A stretch of 64,000 bases of DNA from Methanobacteriota archaeon (GCA_963719035.1 CAVRAO010000002.1:608001-672000); one strand, 5' to 3'; shown: positions 44,112 through 54,016, counted from the stretch's first letter. The notes: generated by a model not told the origin, from the sequence alone. Numbers and translations are program-made.

Positions 44112-44858
44112 ATGCAAACCATTGCTATAACAGGTAAAGGCGGAACGGGCAAGACGACTTTTGCCTCTCTCCTTGTAAAACATCTTAGCGCCGATAACAA
44201 AGCCATTTTGGCAGTTGATGCAGATCCCAACTCAAACTTAGACATGCGACTGGGACTTCGCGTACAGCAGACGATTGGCGACTTGCGAGAGGATCTACTC
44301 AAAGAGTCGTTTCCTGCTGGAATTGCCAAAAATGAGCTTATCGAGTACCAAATACGACTAGCCCTCGTTGAAGGGGATACGTTCGACCTTATCGCCATGG
44401 GACGGCCCGAAGGACCCGGATGCTACTGCTATATCAACAACGTGTTGCGGGATGTCCTGGACAAACTCTCCGTCAATTACGACTACGTCGTCATTGACAA
44501 CGAAGCGGGTATGGAACACCTTTCTAGACGGACAACGAGAAACGTTGACGTATTGTTCATTATCAGCGACGTCACTGCGCTAGGTATCACCACCGCGAGT
44601 CGGATCAAAAGGCTTTCCGAGGATCTCAATCTCGTCGTAGGAAAAACTTTTTTGGTGCTGAATGAAGTGAAAAACAACGTGCCCGATAGCATCAGAAGTC
44701 AGATCCAGCAACAACAACTAGAGCTCATCGGGACCATTCCGACAGATGCCTTAATTGAAGAGTATGCGTTGGAAGGAAAGTCTTTTTTTGAGTTGCCGAA
44801 TAATTCGGCTGCGCTTAAAGCAGTTCGCGAAATCGCAGAGCGCTCTATAGCACCTTAA
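44112..44858 (+). CDS. cooC: CODH/ACS nickel-insertion ATPase CooC/AcsF
   Basis: GKGGTGKTT, VDADPN, GPGCYC, IDNEAGMEHLSR. Confidence 0.93.
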   Translation: MQTIAITGKGGTGKTTFASLLVKHLSADNKAILAVDADPNSNLDMRLGLRVQQTIGDLREDLLKESFPAGIAKNELIEYQIRLALVEGDTFDLIAMGRPEGPGCYCYINNVLRDVLDKLSVNYDYVVIDNEAGMEHLSRRTTRNVDVLFIISDVTALGITTASRIKRLSEDLNLVVGKTFLVLNEVKNNVPDSIRSQIQQQQLELIGTIPTDALIEEYALEGKSFFELPNNSAALKAVREIAERSIAP

Positions 44859-44867
44859 GTAAGTTCG

Positions 44868-46202
44868 CTATCCATTGGCCAGCTCCTTCAAATATTTCGG
44901 AAGAGCCGATGAGTCCTTTACACCAACGATTACTTCCCAGCCCGTGAGCTCCTCTAATTTCATTTTCAGCATCGCGATCATGCCGGGAATTATAAGCTTT
45001 CGGTGATCGACCTTATCTGCAATCTTGTACTCCGTTAGGGTCTGTGCGATTTTCTCTGGTGTAAACTTATCAGCGGCGAATGCCGTCATCACTGATAATC
45101 CTTCGGTATCTACCACGAGAAGGTGTGCAGGAACCTTGCTCGCCTCAATATCACTTGCCACGGTAAAATATGTTAAGGAAAAGTTAGACGTGACGATAAC
45201 CGGCGAGTTACGACTTGGTTTTCCTATTTCATAGAGGCCTGGGTTGACCTGTATGAGCGCTTGGGGATCTGTAAATATGTTGGTTCTTAATGTGGTCAGT
45301 GGGTATAGCCGCGCGGGATCGAGGTCACTGAAAAGTATTAACGAGGCATATTTCAGCGTTCCTATCGCCGCTCTAATCGCTTGAGTTTCAACATCCGCGC
45401 CGTTATCCAAGTTTATCATAACAGGGAAACCTAGCGGCCGGAAAAGCTTCTTGACGCTCAGTCGACGCAAGATGGTCAACCATTCCAGTGTCTGGCGTAA
45501 GGGCTTAGCACCGAGGTTTAAATCTAAAACGATATCCTCTAAGCCCTCGCTTTTTGCTACTTCCGACAGTGACACGAGCTCATCGATGTCATCTGCATAA
45601 AGCGCGAGTGGGCACGCGTACTGCTTTGCAAGCTTTGCCATTGATGCACAGTTGTTAGTACTGCCCGCGTAGATTAACGGTTTAGCCTTCGATACAACCT
45701 TGAGTCCCGCTTCAACGACTTCAGGATTATCGCTCATCAAAACTAGCGGTAATCCACTGTTGTCGTTCACGAGCGTCACCGCATCAGAGAAACGCTGCGC
45801 GCCCCCTTTCGCTTTGACCCCGATCAAGTCAACTCCTGAGACAATGCCAATGCGCTCGTATTTCATCGCGTCAAGCTTCTTGGCCCTTTCAACAACGCTG
45901 TGGTCGTCGAGGTCGTCTTCGATTATGAGCGCATATGCCGTCTGGTTGAAGAACGTCTTTTCGTGTCTGAAAAGCTCTGTTTCACCTCCGATCTCTAAAT
46001 CGCCGACTTTCACGGTGCGCATAGGCGGCGAAGCGGAGCTCTCTAGTTGTTGGACCACATCAGGTGCCACATATGGACACTTCGTGAGTTCTGCCTGTTT
46101 GTTAGCCAACATCATAGCAAACGCTAAGCATGTAGGTACCCCGCATTCGCCACAATTCTTTTTGGGCAACAGTTTGAATATATCAAGAGCTGTCATCGGC
46201 AT
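44868..46202 (-). CDS. acsC: Corrinoid/FeS protein large subunit (gamma)
   Basis: LPKKNCGECGVPTCLAFA...CP, GGETELFRHEK, NFSLTYF, DTEGLSV. 444 aa. Confidence 0.95.
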   Translation of the reverse strand: MPMTALDIFKLLPKKNCGECGVPTCLAFAMMLANKQAELTKCPYVAPDVVQQLESSASPPMRTVKVGDLEIGGETELFRHEKTFFNQTAYALIIEDDLDDHSVVERAKKLDAMKYERIGIVSGVDLIGVKAKGGAQRFSDAVTLVNDNSGLPLVLMSDNPEVVEAGLKVVSKAKPLIYAGSTNNCASMAKLAKQYACPLALYADDIDELVSLSEVAKSEGLEDIVLDLNLGAKPLRQTLEWLTILRRLSVKKLFRPLGFPVMINLDNGADVETQAIRAAIGTLKYASLILFSDLDPARLYPLTTLRTNIFTDPQALIQVNPGLYEIGKPSRNSPVIVTSNFSLTYFTVASDIEASKVPAHLLVVDTEGLSVMTAFAADKFTPEKIAQTLTEYKIADKVDHRKLIIPGMIAMLKMKLEELTGWEVIVGVKDSSALPKYLKELANG

Positions 46203-46205
46203 GGT

Positions 46206-47153
46206 CTATCCCACCAATTCATCGACAACTCTTCTTATGATCGCTACAGACTTCGGGTGCCGGAGTATCAACGCGTTAGCACCTGCCATCAAAGCTGCAA
46301 GCGCAGTGCCGACTTCCCAAAAGACCGCCCTATCTCTCTCGTCACCGAGATTGGCATCTACGCGATATGCTTCCTTCGCGCTCCACGCAACACTAATATC
46401 AGCGATCATCGGAGATTGGAGCATTTTGTCTCCAACGAGGCCGGCGAGTTTAATTCGCTCCATCGCTGAATAAGCGTACTCCATCCCAAAGCCAACCCCT
46501 GCCATAAGCGGGTCACTGACGATATGGTCTGGCAGTACGCCAAACTCTGTGAGCATAATGTTGAGCTGCTTAGCGATATTCACGTCAATGTTAGAGAACG
46601 CGACGACCACGTGGTCGTTAGCAGTGGCAGCAACGGCTATGGACTTATAACCATCCTGTTCTGCACGCGCGAGCAAACACTGTTCTCCTTTCGCAGCTTC
46701 ACCGCAAAGCTCGAAAACGCGGGAGTCCTTCTCGTAATCGCCGCTTCCTTGAATGATCAGCGGAGCTTTCACCTGCTTAAGCACCGTTGATACGAGCGAT
46801 GCCGCATCCTCAGCGCTGATGTTTTCCTCTTCTGGATTCGTGCTCAGCAGCTTCAGGCAGACGAAGTCTGCGCCATATATCTTAACGCACGCGTCCGCCC
46901 ATGCGACGGGATCTCTTATGACATCGCCAACGTCATCGATAATGAGCTGAGGGTAGTCTTCACCAAGGTGATCGATCACCTCCATACCGATAGCAGGTCG
47001 CGAAACTGCGCCCTCGAACGCCAAAAACGGAAGGGTCGTCTCTCCGCCCAAAAGCAGTTTCCTGTCCCTTGTTCCCCCTTCGTCATCTGTTGCGCCAAAC
47101 GCGACCTCTTTTATCTTTCCGCTCCAACTCTCCTTCGGAATTGCCACCATCAC
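46206..47153 (-). CDS. acsD: Corrinoid/FeS protein small subunit (delta)
   Basis: GGETTLPFL.FEG, DVNIAKQLN, GMEYAYSAMERIKLAGL.GDKMLQSP. 315 aa. Confidence 0.95.
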   Translation of the reverse strand: MMVAIPKESWSGKIKEVAFGATDDEGGTRDRKLLLGGETTLPFLAFEGAVSRPAIGMEVIDHLGEDYPQLIIDDVGDVIRDPVAWADACVKIYGADFVCLKLLSTNPEEENISAEDAASLVSTVLKQVKAPLIIQGSGDYEKDSRVFELCGEAAKGEQCLLARAEQDGYKSIAVAATANDHVVVAFSNIDVNIAKQLNIMLTEFGVLPDHIVSDPLMAGVGFGMEYAYSAMERIKLAGLVGDKMLQSPMIADISVAWSAKEAYRVDANLGDERDRAVFWEVGTALAALMAGANALILRHPKSVAIIRRVVDELVG

Positions 47154-47183
47154 AGTTACCCCAAAAGTTACGCACGACCACGT

Positions 47184-50100
47184 TCAGAACATACCCATTG
47201 GAGGCATATGCAGCGCAGGGTGGTCGACCTTTGCCAAGTACTCCGCTAATTCATCCGCATCCGTCGTAATAGTTTCGTCAGCAATCTTGTCTACTAAGTC
47301 CGGCAAGTCGAGTTCCTGTGCTCGCTTCTTAAGGTCTTCTCGCATCGCTTCTTTGAGCTCTTTCGGCATCCAAACGACGCGCGCTAACCCTCCGTCCGCA
47401 CGGATAAATTTCTTACTCGTGATGAACTGCCTGCCGACGCCGATGAACCCGGGGGTTTGGTTACCTCCGCCTACAGAGCCCGCAAGCGTTGAGAACTTCA
47501 TACCGATAGGGGTCATACCTGTATATTCACGATTGACCACTATCACGCCCTGTAGGTCGCTGCTGATCGCAACGATGCACTCAAAGCATCCGCACGACGT
47601 CTGCGGATCCTCCATCATCGTGTATTGATTCATCCGATCGATGTGGCCATGGGTGAGCTCTTGGACCGTTTTATTTACATTTGACCACTGGCCCTTTTGC
47701 TCGTCAATCACAGCGCCCTTCTCAACCGGCTGATTTGGTCCGTTTGGATCGATGCTGAATCCCGCAGCCGCATCGAGCCAGTTTAGTGCGCCGCACAGCC
47801 CCAAGCGTTCAGGAGAGATAATACAGACATGACTCGGGGCGAAGCTCTGACATAGTGTACACGCGTAAAACGTATCAACGCTCTCGTCTGTTAGCCCTTC
47901 AATACGCCGATCCCGCTCTGCATACGATTCCATAGCCTCAGGCAGGTGTTTTTCCACCTCCTTTTCGTCAGTGATGATGGTGACTTGTATCCGGCTGATG
48001 ATACCGCCGAGCTCCTCCTTCATCTTATTATAAAGGATGTCACCGAAGTGCTTGAATCGTAACCCATTGGCCACACTATTCTTGCTCAGACGAACCCAAA
48101 GCAAGTTTCTCTGACCCGTATGCCACGCGCCCTCTGCGTAATTGATGAACTGGTGGATGCGTCGTTCGACGACGGGCTCAAACTCCTTTTTCATATGCTT
48201 TCCGTACACTTCAACAAGCATCCCAAGCGGTGACACACTGCCCTCTTCCATCTCATCGACATCCTTCCCGATGAGCGTGATCTCGCCGTCCTTAACCGCG
48301 TCTGCATCGCGGATCTTCACGAGCTCAAACACCTTTGTCTTGGTTGGACCGCCGCACTCGACGTAGGTCTGGGGCTTGCGCACCGTTTCTCCCTCGAAGG
48401 CAAGCCCGTAAGCGACCGGTAACGAGACCTCGCCGACCGTGACCTGCATGTCCCGCATCTCGATTGCGTGCGCGACGATCTGATTGTAATCCGTCTCCAC
48501 CTCGTACTTGCCCGGCACTTCCTCCACATCTTGATCGGTGATCGTCGGTGAGCCATTGAACAGCACCGCGAACTCAATAGCTGCCTTAATGTCGTCGATA
48601 GGACCTAGTTGGACGACGACGACTTTCGGACGCTTTGCAAGGTACTCAAAGAGCCCTGTTCGATCTCCCGGCTTGACGTTCCCGAACGTCAGCGCCGCGC
48701 GGATCGCAAAGCTCAGCCCGTGAATCGCTTGCGTGAATTCGCCCACGCAAAACAGCAGCCGGTCAAGTCCCTTATGCTCGCCTATCTCGATGCCTGCCTC
48801 GGCAATCTGCTGGATGGTGTCAAATGTGGGAATTACGAGCATGCCCTTACTCTGGCAGTCCCTGATGATCTTTGCTAGTAGTTTAGGGTCCTTCGCCTTT
48901 CCTACCAACACTAAGACCCCAGGTATGGTATCATCAACGAATGAGATGCCTAACCTCCGGAGCACTTCGTCGGCAATGAACCCGGTGTATGGGGTATCCG
49001 CATACGGGTCAGGATTGTCGATGTACTTGAGGGCCTCAACGATTTCTGCAGCGACCATAGTCGCTTCTCCTGAGGCCACAGCGTTGTCAAACGTGTACTC
49101 CTCTCTAATCTTGCCCCTCACTTCTCCAAGAAGTCGCGGCAACTGCGCGAGTTTCGTCACTCTTTCGCCTGTCCACGCGGTGATGCATGGAAGATAGTAC
49201 CCGGTGCTTGGGTATCCAATCTCCTTATCACGCCCGTGTTGACGTATCGCCTTATTGAGGAGCTGATCTGCGTATCCAGTCGCGATAATGGCCCCGTCGA
49301 TCGCTTTCTTGTAGAGGGTTTCATTTTGTATTGCAGGTTTGCTTACGTCCGGTGTGGTACCCTTGTCGATCGCTTTCTTGTAGAGGGTTTCATTTTGTAT
49401 TGCAGGTTTGCTTACGTCCGGTGTAGTACCATTCCAATACGTGACCCCGCCGTCGAGTTCGCTGTGCGCGTTCATCTTCCATCTGCGGTATTGAATGGTG
49501 TTCACTAACGTTTTCGCCGCGATCGAAGGATTAGGTTCAAATATGAAGTGCCCGCCATACACGTCCTTTGCAGTCGCCTGGGCCACCTCATCAGCAAGAG
49601 GGCTTCCCTTAATGAACGGGTAAACCCCGACATGCGTGGGCCACCCCGTTGCAACGCACCACGTTCCAATCGCCACTGCTTTTTCGCTCATCGCTTCTGG
49701 AGCGCTCGCGACGATGGGAAGGTCCTGTATATCGACATCCATTACCTGAGCAAGTTCGCTCACGAAATTTTCGACGCGCGAATTGTCCACACATGACCCC
49801 ATATGAAGCACAAGCGGCAAGGACTCGCCAATGGTCTTTTCGCCGACATCTTTGAGGAACGCCTTAAGCGACTCACCCGCGTGCTCCTCGACTGCTTCTG
49901 GCGCCAACAAACCGTGCTTCGCAAGCGATTGCGCCGCACAACCGGTTACAAGCGTTAGTATGTTATTTCTGACGAGCTCTTTGGCGATCGTCAAATGGCA
50001 AAGGTCGTGTTCAGCCTTAGCGGGATTGTTGCACCCAGCGATAAGGGCGATGCCCTGAACCTCTCCGCTGCGAATCTTATCAGCGAGATACTGGAGCGGT

Positions 50101-51386
50101 TCATTTTCGTTAAAGGTGCTTAACAACGATTTTATGTACTCGAGGCTAAATCCTGCGACGACCTTGCTCGAAATGTTAGGGATAGAGATTTTTGTGGGAT
50201 CCCTGTTCTTGTACGCTTCAATAGCAACGTTCACGATCTCTTTAGCACCTTCACGCGCCGCTGCTTCGTTGAATTCGATGTGCGTATCGCCAGGGATACG
50301 GGTAATCGGCATTGTCGATATCAGCTTCGTGTGGAAACACTGTGTCCAGAACCCAACCGATGGCGCAATGCATTGATAATCAATGACCATCGCGTCGATG
50401 ACGCCTGTCATTATTGCTAACTCTTGGCTCGCGAAATTGGTGACGATCGGGATCCCTCTTCGCATGAGCAGTTCGTTGGCAGTGCAACAAATACCGACGA
50501 TATTAATTCCCTTAGCTCCTGCGGCAATTGCACTGTCTTTTAGCTCATCGGCAGCGTCGCAAATCACTTCGCCAAGAATAGGATTATGTCCATGTACGCA
50601 GAGGTTGATGTGGTCCTCTTTCAGCGCGCCGAGATTGGCCTGGGACACTACCATTTGCGGAACGCCGAACAAGACGTCTGAAAGGTTAGAGCTGATGTTC
50701 TCTCCAGTCACGTCACCGAGCGAGCATTTGATGCCCCCGAAAATCAACGGTACGGGATCTGCATCACATCCCATATGGGTCCTGTGCATGACTTCGGTGA
50801 TACCCTTGTCAATGTTGGTCGCAATGACGTCATTTCGCTCCAAGAGTTCTAGCCTCTTTGCGGGGAGCATAATTTTGAGCCAGGTACAGGCTTCGTCCTC
50901 ATTCCTTGAGAAGTCCTCCAAAGCTGAATTCGCTACAGCCACGGCAAGCTCATTTACGTTCTTATTTTTCTCCAAACCGAGCTTTGCAGCAAGGGACCGT
51001 AATTTCGCCTCATCTTTAACGCGATAGTCGGGTGCCTTGCCTTCGCCGACGCCTTTTAGGGCATGCGCAAGATGCCTTCCGTGATCAGAGTGAGCAGCAC
51101 AGCCGCCTGCCATCATTCGGATCAGGTTTCGCGCTACAATAGTGTAATCTTTAGCCCCACAGATGCCTCTTTGCGGCTCTTTGCCAAAAGGATTGATCCG
51201 ACAAGGTCCCTGCAAGCAGATCCGACAGCATAGGCCTGACTCGCCAAATCCGCACTGCGGCTGCATCGAGTCTGCCCTGTCCCACATCGTCTTCATGTTA
51301 TTCTGCTCGGCAAGCGGCATCATCGCGAGTGCCGCAGGATCCACGGTCATCGATTTTGGATTCGTTTTGTTACGTCTCTTGTCCAT
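47184..51386 (-). CDS. acsA-acsB: Fused CooS/AcsA-type Ni-CO dehydrogenase + AcsB acetyl-CoA synthase (1400 aa)
   Basis: N-half has CGFG...CCRICLQGPC...ICG (D/B clusters) and C-cluster ligands HGHN, GICCT, DYQC, AGCN, TGC, GSCVD plus MSEKA. C-half has the GYP.TGYYLP N-domain, CTLCQSF..HVC...GLCG and TSCGCFE (A-cluster). One open frame. Confidence 0.93.
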   Translation of the reverse strand: MDKRRNKTNPKSMTVDPAALAMMPLAEQNNMKTMWDRADSMQPQCGFGESGLCCRICLQGPCRINPFGKEPQRGICGAKDYTIVARNLIRMMAGGCAAHSDHGRHLAHALKGVGEGKAPDYRVKDEAKLRSLAAKLGLEKNKNVNELAVAVANSALEDFSRNEDEACTWLKIMLPAKRLELLERNDVIATNIDKGITEVMHRTHMGCDADPVPLIFGGIKCSLGDVTGENISSNLSDVLFGVPQMVVSQANLGALKEDHINLCVHGHNPILGEVICDAADELKDSAIAAGAKGINIVGICCTANELLMRRGIPIVTNFASQELAIMTGVIDAMVIDYQCIAPSVGFWTQCFHTKLISTMPITRIPGDTHIEFNEAAAREGAKEIVNVAIEAYKNRDPTKISIPNISSKVVAGFSLEYIKSLLSTFNENEPLQYLADKIRSGEVQGIALIAGCNNPAKAEHDLCHLTIAKELVRNNILTLVTGCAAQSLAKHGLLAPEAVEEHAGESLKAFLKDVGEKTIGESLPLVLHMGSCVDNSRVENFVSELAQVMDVDIQDLPIVASAPEAMSEKAVAIGTWCVATGWPTHVGVYPFIKGSPLADEVAQATAKDVYGGHFIFEPNPSIAAKTLVNTIQYRRWKMNAHSELDGGVTYWNGTTPDVSKPAIQNETLYKKAIDKGTTPDVSKPAIQNETLYKKAIDGAIIATGYADQLLNKAIRQHGRDKEIGYPSTGYYLPCITAWTGERVTKLAQLPRLLGEVRGKIREEYTFDNAVASGEATMVAAEIVEALKYIDNPDPYADTPYTGFIADEVLRRLGISFVDDTIPGVLVLVGKAKDPKLLAKIIRDCQSKGMLVIPTFDTIQQIAEAGIEIGEHKGLDRLLFCVGEFTQAIHGLSFAIRAALTFGNVKPGDRTGLFEYLAKRPKVVVVQLGPIDDIKAAIEFAVLFNGSPTITDQDVEEVPGKYEVETDYNQIVAHAIEMRDMQVTVGEVSLPVAYGLAFEGETVRKPQTYVECGGPTKTKVFELVKIRDADAVKDGEITLIGKDVDEMEEGSVSPLGMLVEVYGKHMKKEFEPVVERRIHQFINYAEGAWHTGQRNLLWVRLSKNSVANGLRFKHFGDILYNKMKEELGGIISRIQVTIITDEKEVEKHLPEAMESYAERDRRIEGLTDESVDTFYACTLCQSFAPSHVCIISPERLGLCGALNWLDAAAGFSIDPNGPNQPVEKGAVIDEQKGQWSNVNKTVQELTHGHIDRMNQYTMMEDPQTSCGCFECIVAISSDLQGVIVVNREYTGMTPIGMKFSTLAGSVGGGNQTPGFIGVGRQFITSKKFIRADGGLARVVWMPKELKEAMREDLKKRAQELDLPDLVDKIADETITTDADELAEYLAKVDHPALHMPPMGMF
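49296..49430. repeat. In-frame tandem duplication (two 66-bp copies, period 69 bp, 1 mismatch) at the CODH-ACS junction
   Basis: Copies at 49296-49361 and 49365-49430 both encode GTTPDVSKPAIQNETLYKKAID. Confidence 0.95.
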
Positions 51387-51798
51387 ATATCAGTGCACCA
51401 CACTTACACGCAAGCACGCACGATAGCTCCGCCGCACCACCGCAGAGGTCGCATTTTATCGCTTCGCTCTCACGCACCTGAATCGCCCCAAAAGGACAAA
51501 CGTCAACACATTCACCGCATCCTGTGCAACGTTCATCATCAATCGTCACTACTCCATCATCACTTTTTGTAATCGCTCTCGGTTCACAAACTTCAATACA
51601 CTTCGGTCGCTTACAGTGAAGACACCTCGTCAGGTGCAATTTACCGTCTTTAACTCCGATTTTTAGCCTCGAGAGAGGGCGAGGAGACTCGCTCATTGAA
51701 CTGTTGATGTCCCCTGACGTGCTATGTCTTAGCGCGCATGCAAGCTCGCATGACTTGCATGCCATACAATTCTTCGGAATATACCTAGCTATTAGCAT
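51370..51798 (-). CDS. cooF: CooF-like 4x[4Fe-4S] ferredoxin, copy A
   Basis: CMACKSCELAC, CLHCKRPKCIEVC, CTGCGECVDVCPFG, KCDLC...C...C. Overlaps the start of the fused CODH/ACS. Confidence 0.9.
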   Translation of the reverse strand: MLIARYIPKNCMACKSCELACALRHSTSGDINSSMSESPRPLSRLKIGVKDGKLHLTRCLHCKRPKCIEVCEPRAITKSDDGVVTIDDERCTGCGECVDVCPFGAIQVRESEAIKCDLCGGAAELSCVLACKCGALIYGQET

Positions 51799-52040
51799 AG
51801 CAGCCAAATCTAACGCAGATTGTGTCACGACCCTCGCCGCAGTTGTGTTTCCGTCGCTATATCTGTAAGCCTGCTTGGTTGAAAACGCGAACAAAACAAA
51901 TTTTCACTCAACAAGACTTCATAAAAACGCCTTGTAAAGTGAAAGAATAGGCGAAATATTTGTCGCATTCTCAGATCCGTGAAATAACGCAATATTAAGC
52001 AGCAAGCAAAGATCAAATGTTTGTACTATTTTATATGGTG

Positions 52041-52112
52041 CGAGTCATATATATGTATGGTCTTGCCAAGACGACGGAAAGTTTTTATAGTGAACTTTGG
52101 CAAGTGGGTAAG
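52041..52112. promoter_or_regulatory. Duplicated promoter block, copy A
   Basis: cgagtcatatatatg..GTCTTGCCAAGAC..gacggaaagtttttatag is homologous to 54650-54723. It contains TATA-like boxes and an inverted repeat. Confidence 0.7.
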
Positions 52113-52119
52113 ATTTTTC

Positions 52120-52240
52120 ATGCCGAACTCGCTGCGGCCACTGCAAGCTCATTTACACTCTTTTCGTTTGCAAAACGAGCTTTTCAGCGCAGGCACGTGA
52201 CATTCTCATCGTCTTTTACTATATAGTCAGGATTTGCCAA
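52120..52240 (-). pseudogene. Degenerate internal fragment of a second cooS copy
   Basis: Reads PDYIVKDDE...EKSVNELAVAAASSA, against PDYRVKDEA...NKNVNELAVAVANSA at about 50920-51040. Confidence 0.75.
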
Positions 52241-52301
52241 AGACGCACTGCGGTTGTCTTGCCGACCGTCGACAAGCGTAAGTGAATTTCATTTTTCCCG
52301 C

Positions 52302-53906
52302 TCACTGTCGTTCCCACCGCTCTTGCAGTATCCGCTCTGCCTCTTCCCGGTGTGCATCCATTACATATGGGAGCTCAGAAACCTTTGCTGCGTCTTTGGT
52401 AAGCGCCATCAAGTCTCTTCGAGAGAGAGCTCCTATGTTAAACTTCCTGCTTCCTGCCATCAGTTGCTGCAACCCAGTCTTGAACTTTTGGCAATAGGTA
52501 TAGAGCCCGATTGCGCCTAGCGGTATTGCATCAGTTTCGTGACCAAACCGTTCCTTTATCTCGTCGTAGGAGACGAATATCTCTTTCGGCGTGACTCCGT
52601 ATGTTGACACAGTCCTAGGCAAGTTCGCTTCTTCGATCCACTTCCCGATATTCTTTCCTACCATGCCGGGGATCATTAAAGCGCGGCCCATGCATACAGC
52701 CTTTACAAAGGGAGCGCCCATCGCAATTGCCTTGTATACGCCATCTTCTGTAGAGAATCCCCCTGCCATCGCGATATCGGGAACCCGCATTCCCATATCA
52801 CAGAGGGTTCTGCAAAATTGGTACGTCAATGCTTCGAGATAGAATGTCGGGATGCCCCATTCATTCATCATCGGCCACGGGCTCATCCCTGTGCCCCCTG
52901 GAGCGCCATCGATTGTAATGAGGTCAAGCTTCGCTTCTGCCCCATAGCGGAGTGCCATAGCGAGTTCCATCGACGAATATGCGCCTGTTTTAAGCGTGAT
53001 ACGTTTAAATCCAATGTCGCGCAGGCGGTCTACTTCTTCAAAAAAGGCGGCACGAGATACGAACCCAACGCGAGAATGTCGCTCGAATTGCCTAATTCCA
53101 CCGTCCTGGTATGCCCTTTCCACTGCCGGAAGAGTTGGGTCGGGCAGCACGATATACCCGCGGTCCTTAAGCTGTCGTGCCCGCTCAATGGTTTTGACTT
53201 GTATCTCGCCTCCGATGCACTTCGCTCCCTGACCCCATTTGAGTTCGATCGTTTCCAAATTGTGCTTTGAAGCTAGATACTCCGCAACCCCAAGCCGCGT
53301 ATCCTCTACGTTAATTTGGACGAGCAGCTCTCCGTATCCGTCGTGATATCTTCTATAGGTATCTATTCGGTAATCCATATCCGGCGATTTCTTGACTTTA
53401 CCCTCACTATCAAGTTCAAGCCCGGGATCCACTCCACAGACGTTCTCTCCGCAGACGATAGTAATTCCTGCGAGCGCCGCGCCCGTCGCAAAGTGTTCCC
53501 AATTATGCTTCGCAATTGTGGTAGAGCCCAATGCACCGGTGAATATGGGTACCCGCATCTTAGTCTTTTTATTATACCCATACTCCGTTTCGGTATCCAC
53601 GTTTTCAAAAAGCGCGGTGTCGGGACCCGCCTCAACACCCTCTGGTAGTCCTTCGGCGCCCACGGCATACCCCTGAATGTTTAGGTGTGAATAATCTATC
53701 GGGTAGTTTTTGTCGGCGCCGGCGGTAACTTCTCCGAACCTGGCTTGGTAAAGCACTTCTCGGCCCCTAAAGGAGGACAACCAGATTTCACAGCCGCCTT
53801 TACAACCGTCAAGGCATTCTGTACATATCCCCGACATTGGGACAACATTCTGTGCGCGGTTGAAGGTGTGCGTTACTATATTAGCGTTCGGTCTTCTCAG
53901 GTTCAT
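52302..53906 (-). CDS. FMN-binding glutamate synthase family protein (stand-alone GltB domain 2-like)
   Basis: N-terminal Cys cluster (CTECLDGCKGGC), ELKWGQGAKCIGGE, LKTG, IDGAPGGTGMSP, AGG. Confidence 0.88.
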   Translation of the reverse strand: MNLRRPNANIVTHTFNRAQNVVPMSGICTECLDGCKGGCEIWLSSFRGREVLYQARFGEVTAGADKNYPIDYSHLNIQGYAVGAEGLPEGVEAGPDTALFENVDTETEYGYNKKTKMRVPIFTGALGSTTIAKHNWEHFATGAALAGITIVCGENVCGVDPGLELDSEGKVKKSPDMDYRIDTYRRYHDGYGELLVQINVEDTRLGVAEYLASKHNLETIELKWGQGAKCIGGEIQVKTIERARQLKDRGYIVLPDPTLPAVERAYQDGGIRQFERHSRVGFVSRAAFFEEVDRLRDIGFKRITLKTGAYSSMELAMALRYGAEAKLDLITIDGAPGGTGMSPWPMMNEWGIPTFYLEALTYQFCRTLCDMGMRVPDIAMAGGFSTEDGVYKAIAMGAPFVKAVCMGRALMIPGMVGKNIGKWIEEANLPRTVSTYGVTPKEIFVSYDEIKERFGHETDAIPLGAIGLYTYCQKFKTGLQQLMAGSRKFNIGALSRRDLMALTKDAAKVSELPYVMDAHREEAERILQERWERQ

Positions 53907-54016
53907 GCCGTAATCGCTTCCTTTTTTTTATTTATCCGTCGTTTACACCACGGAAGATCCGTCTTTTTCGAATTTTGTTAACTCGCGTTATAGCTTTCTG
54001 GTTCGCTCGGTTACAT

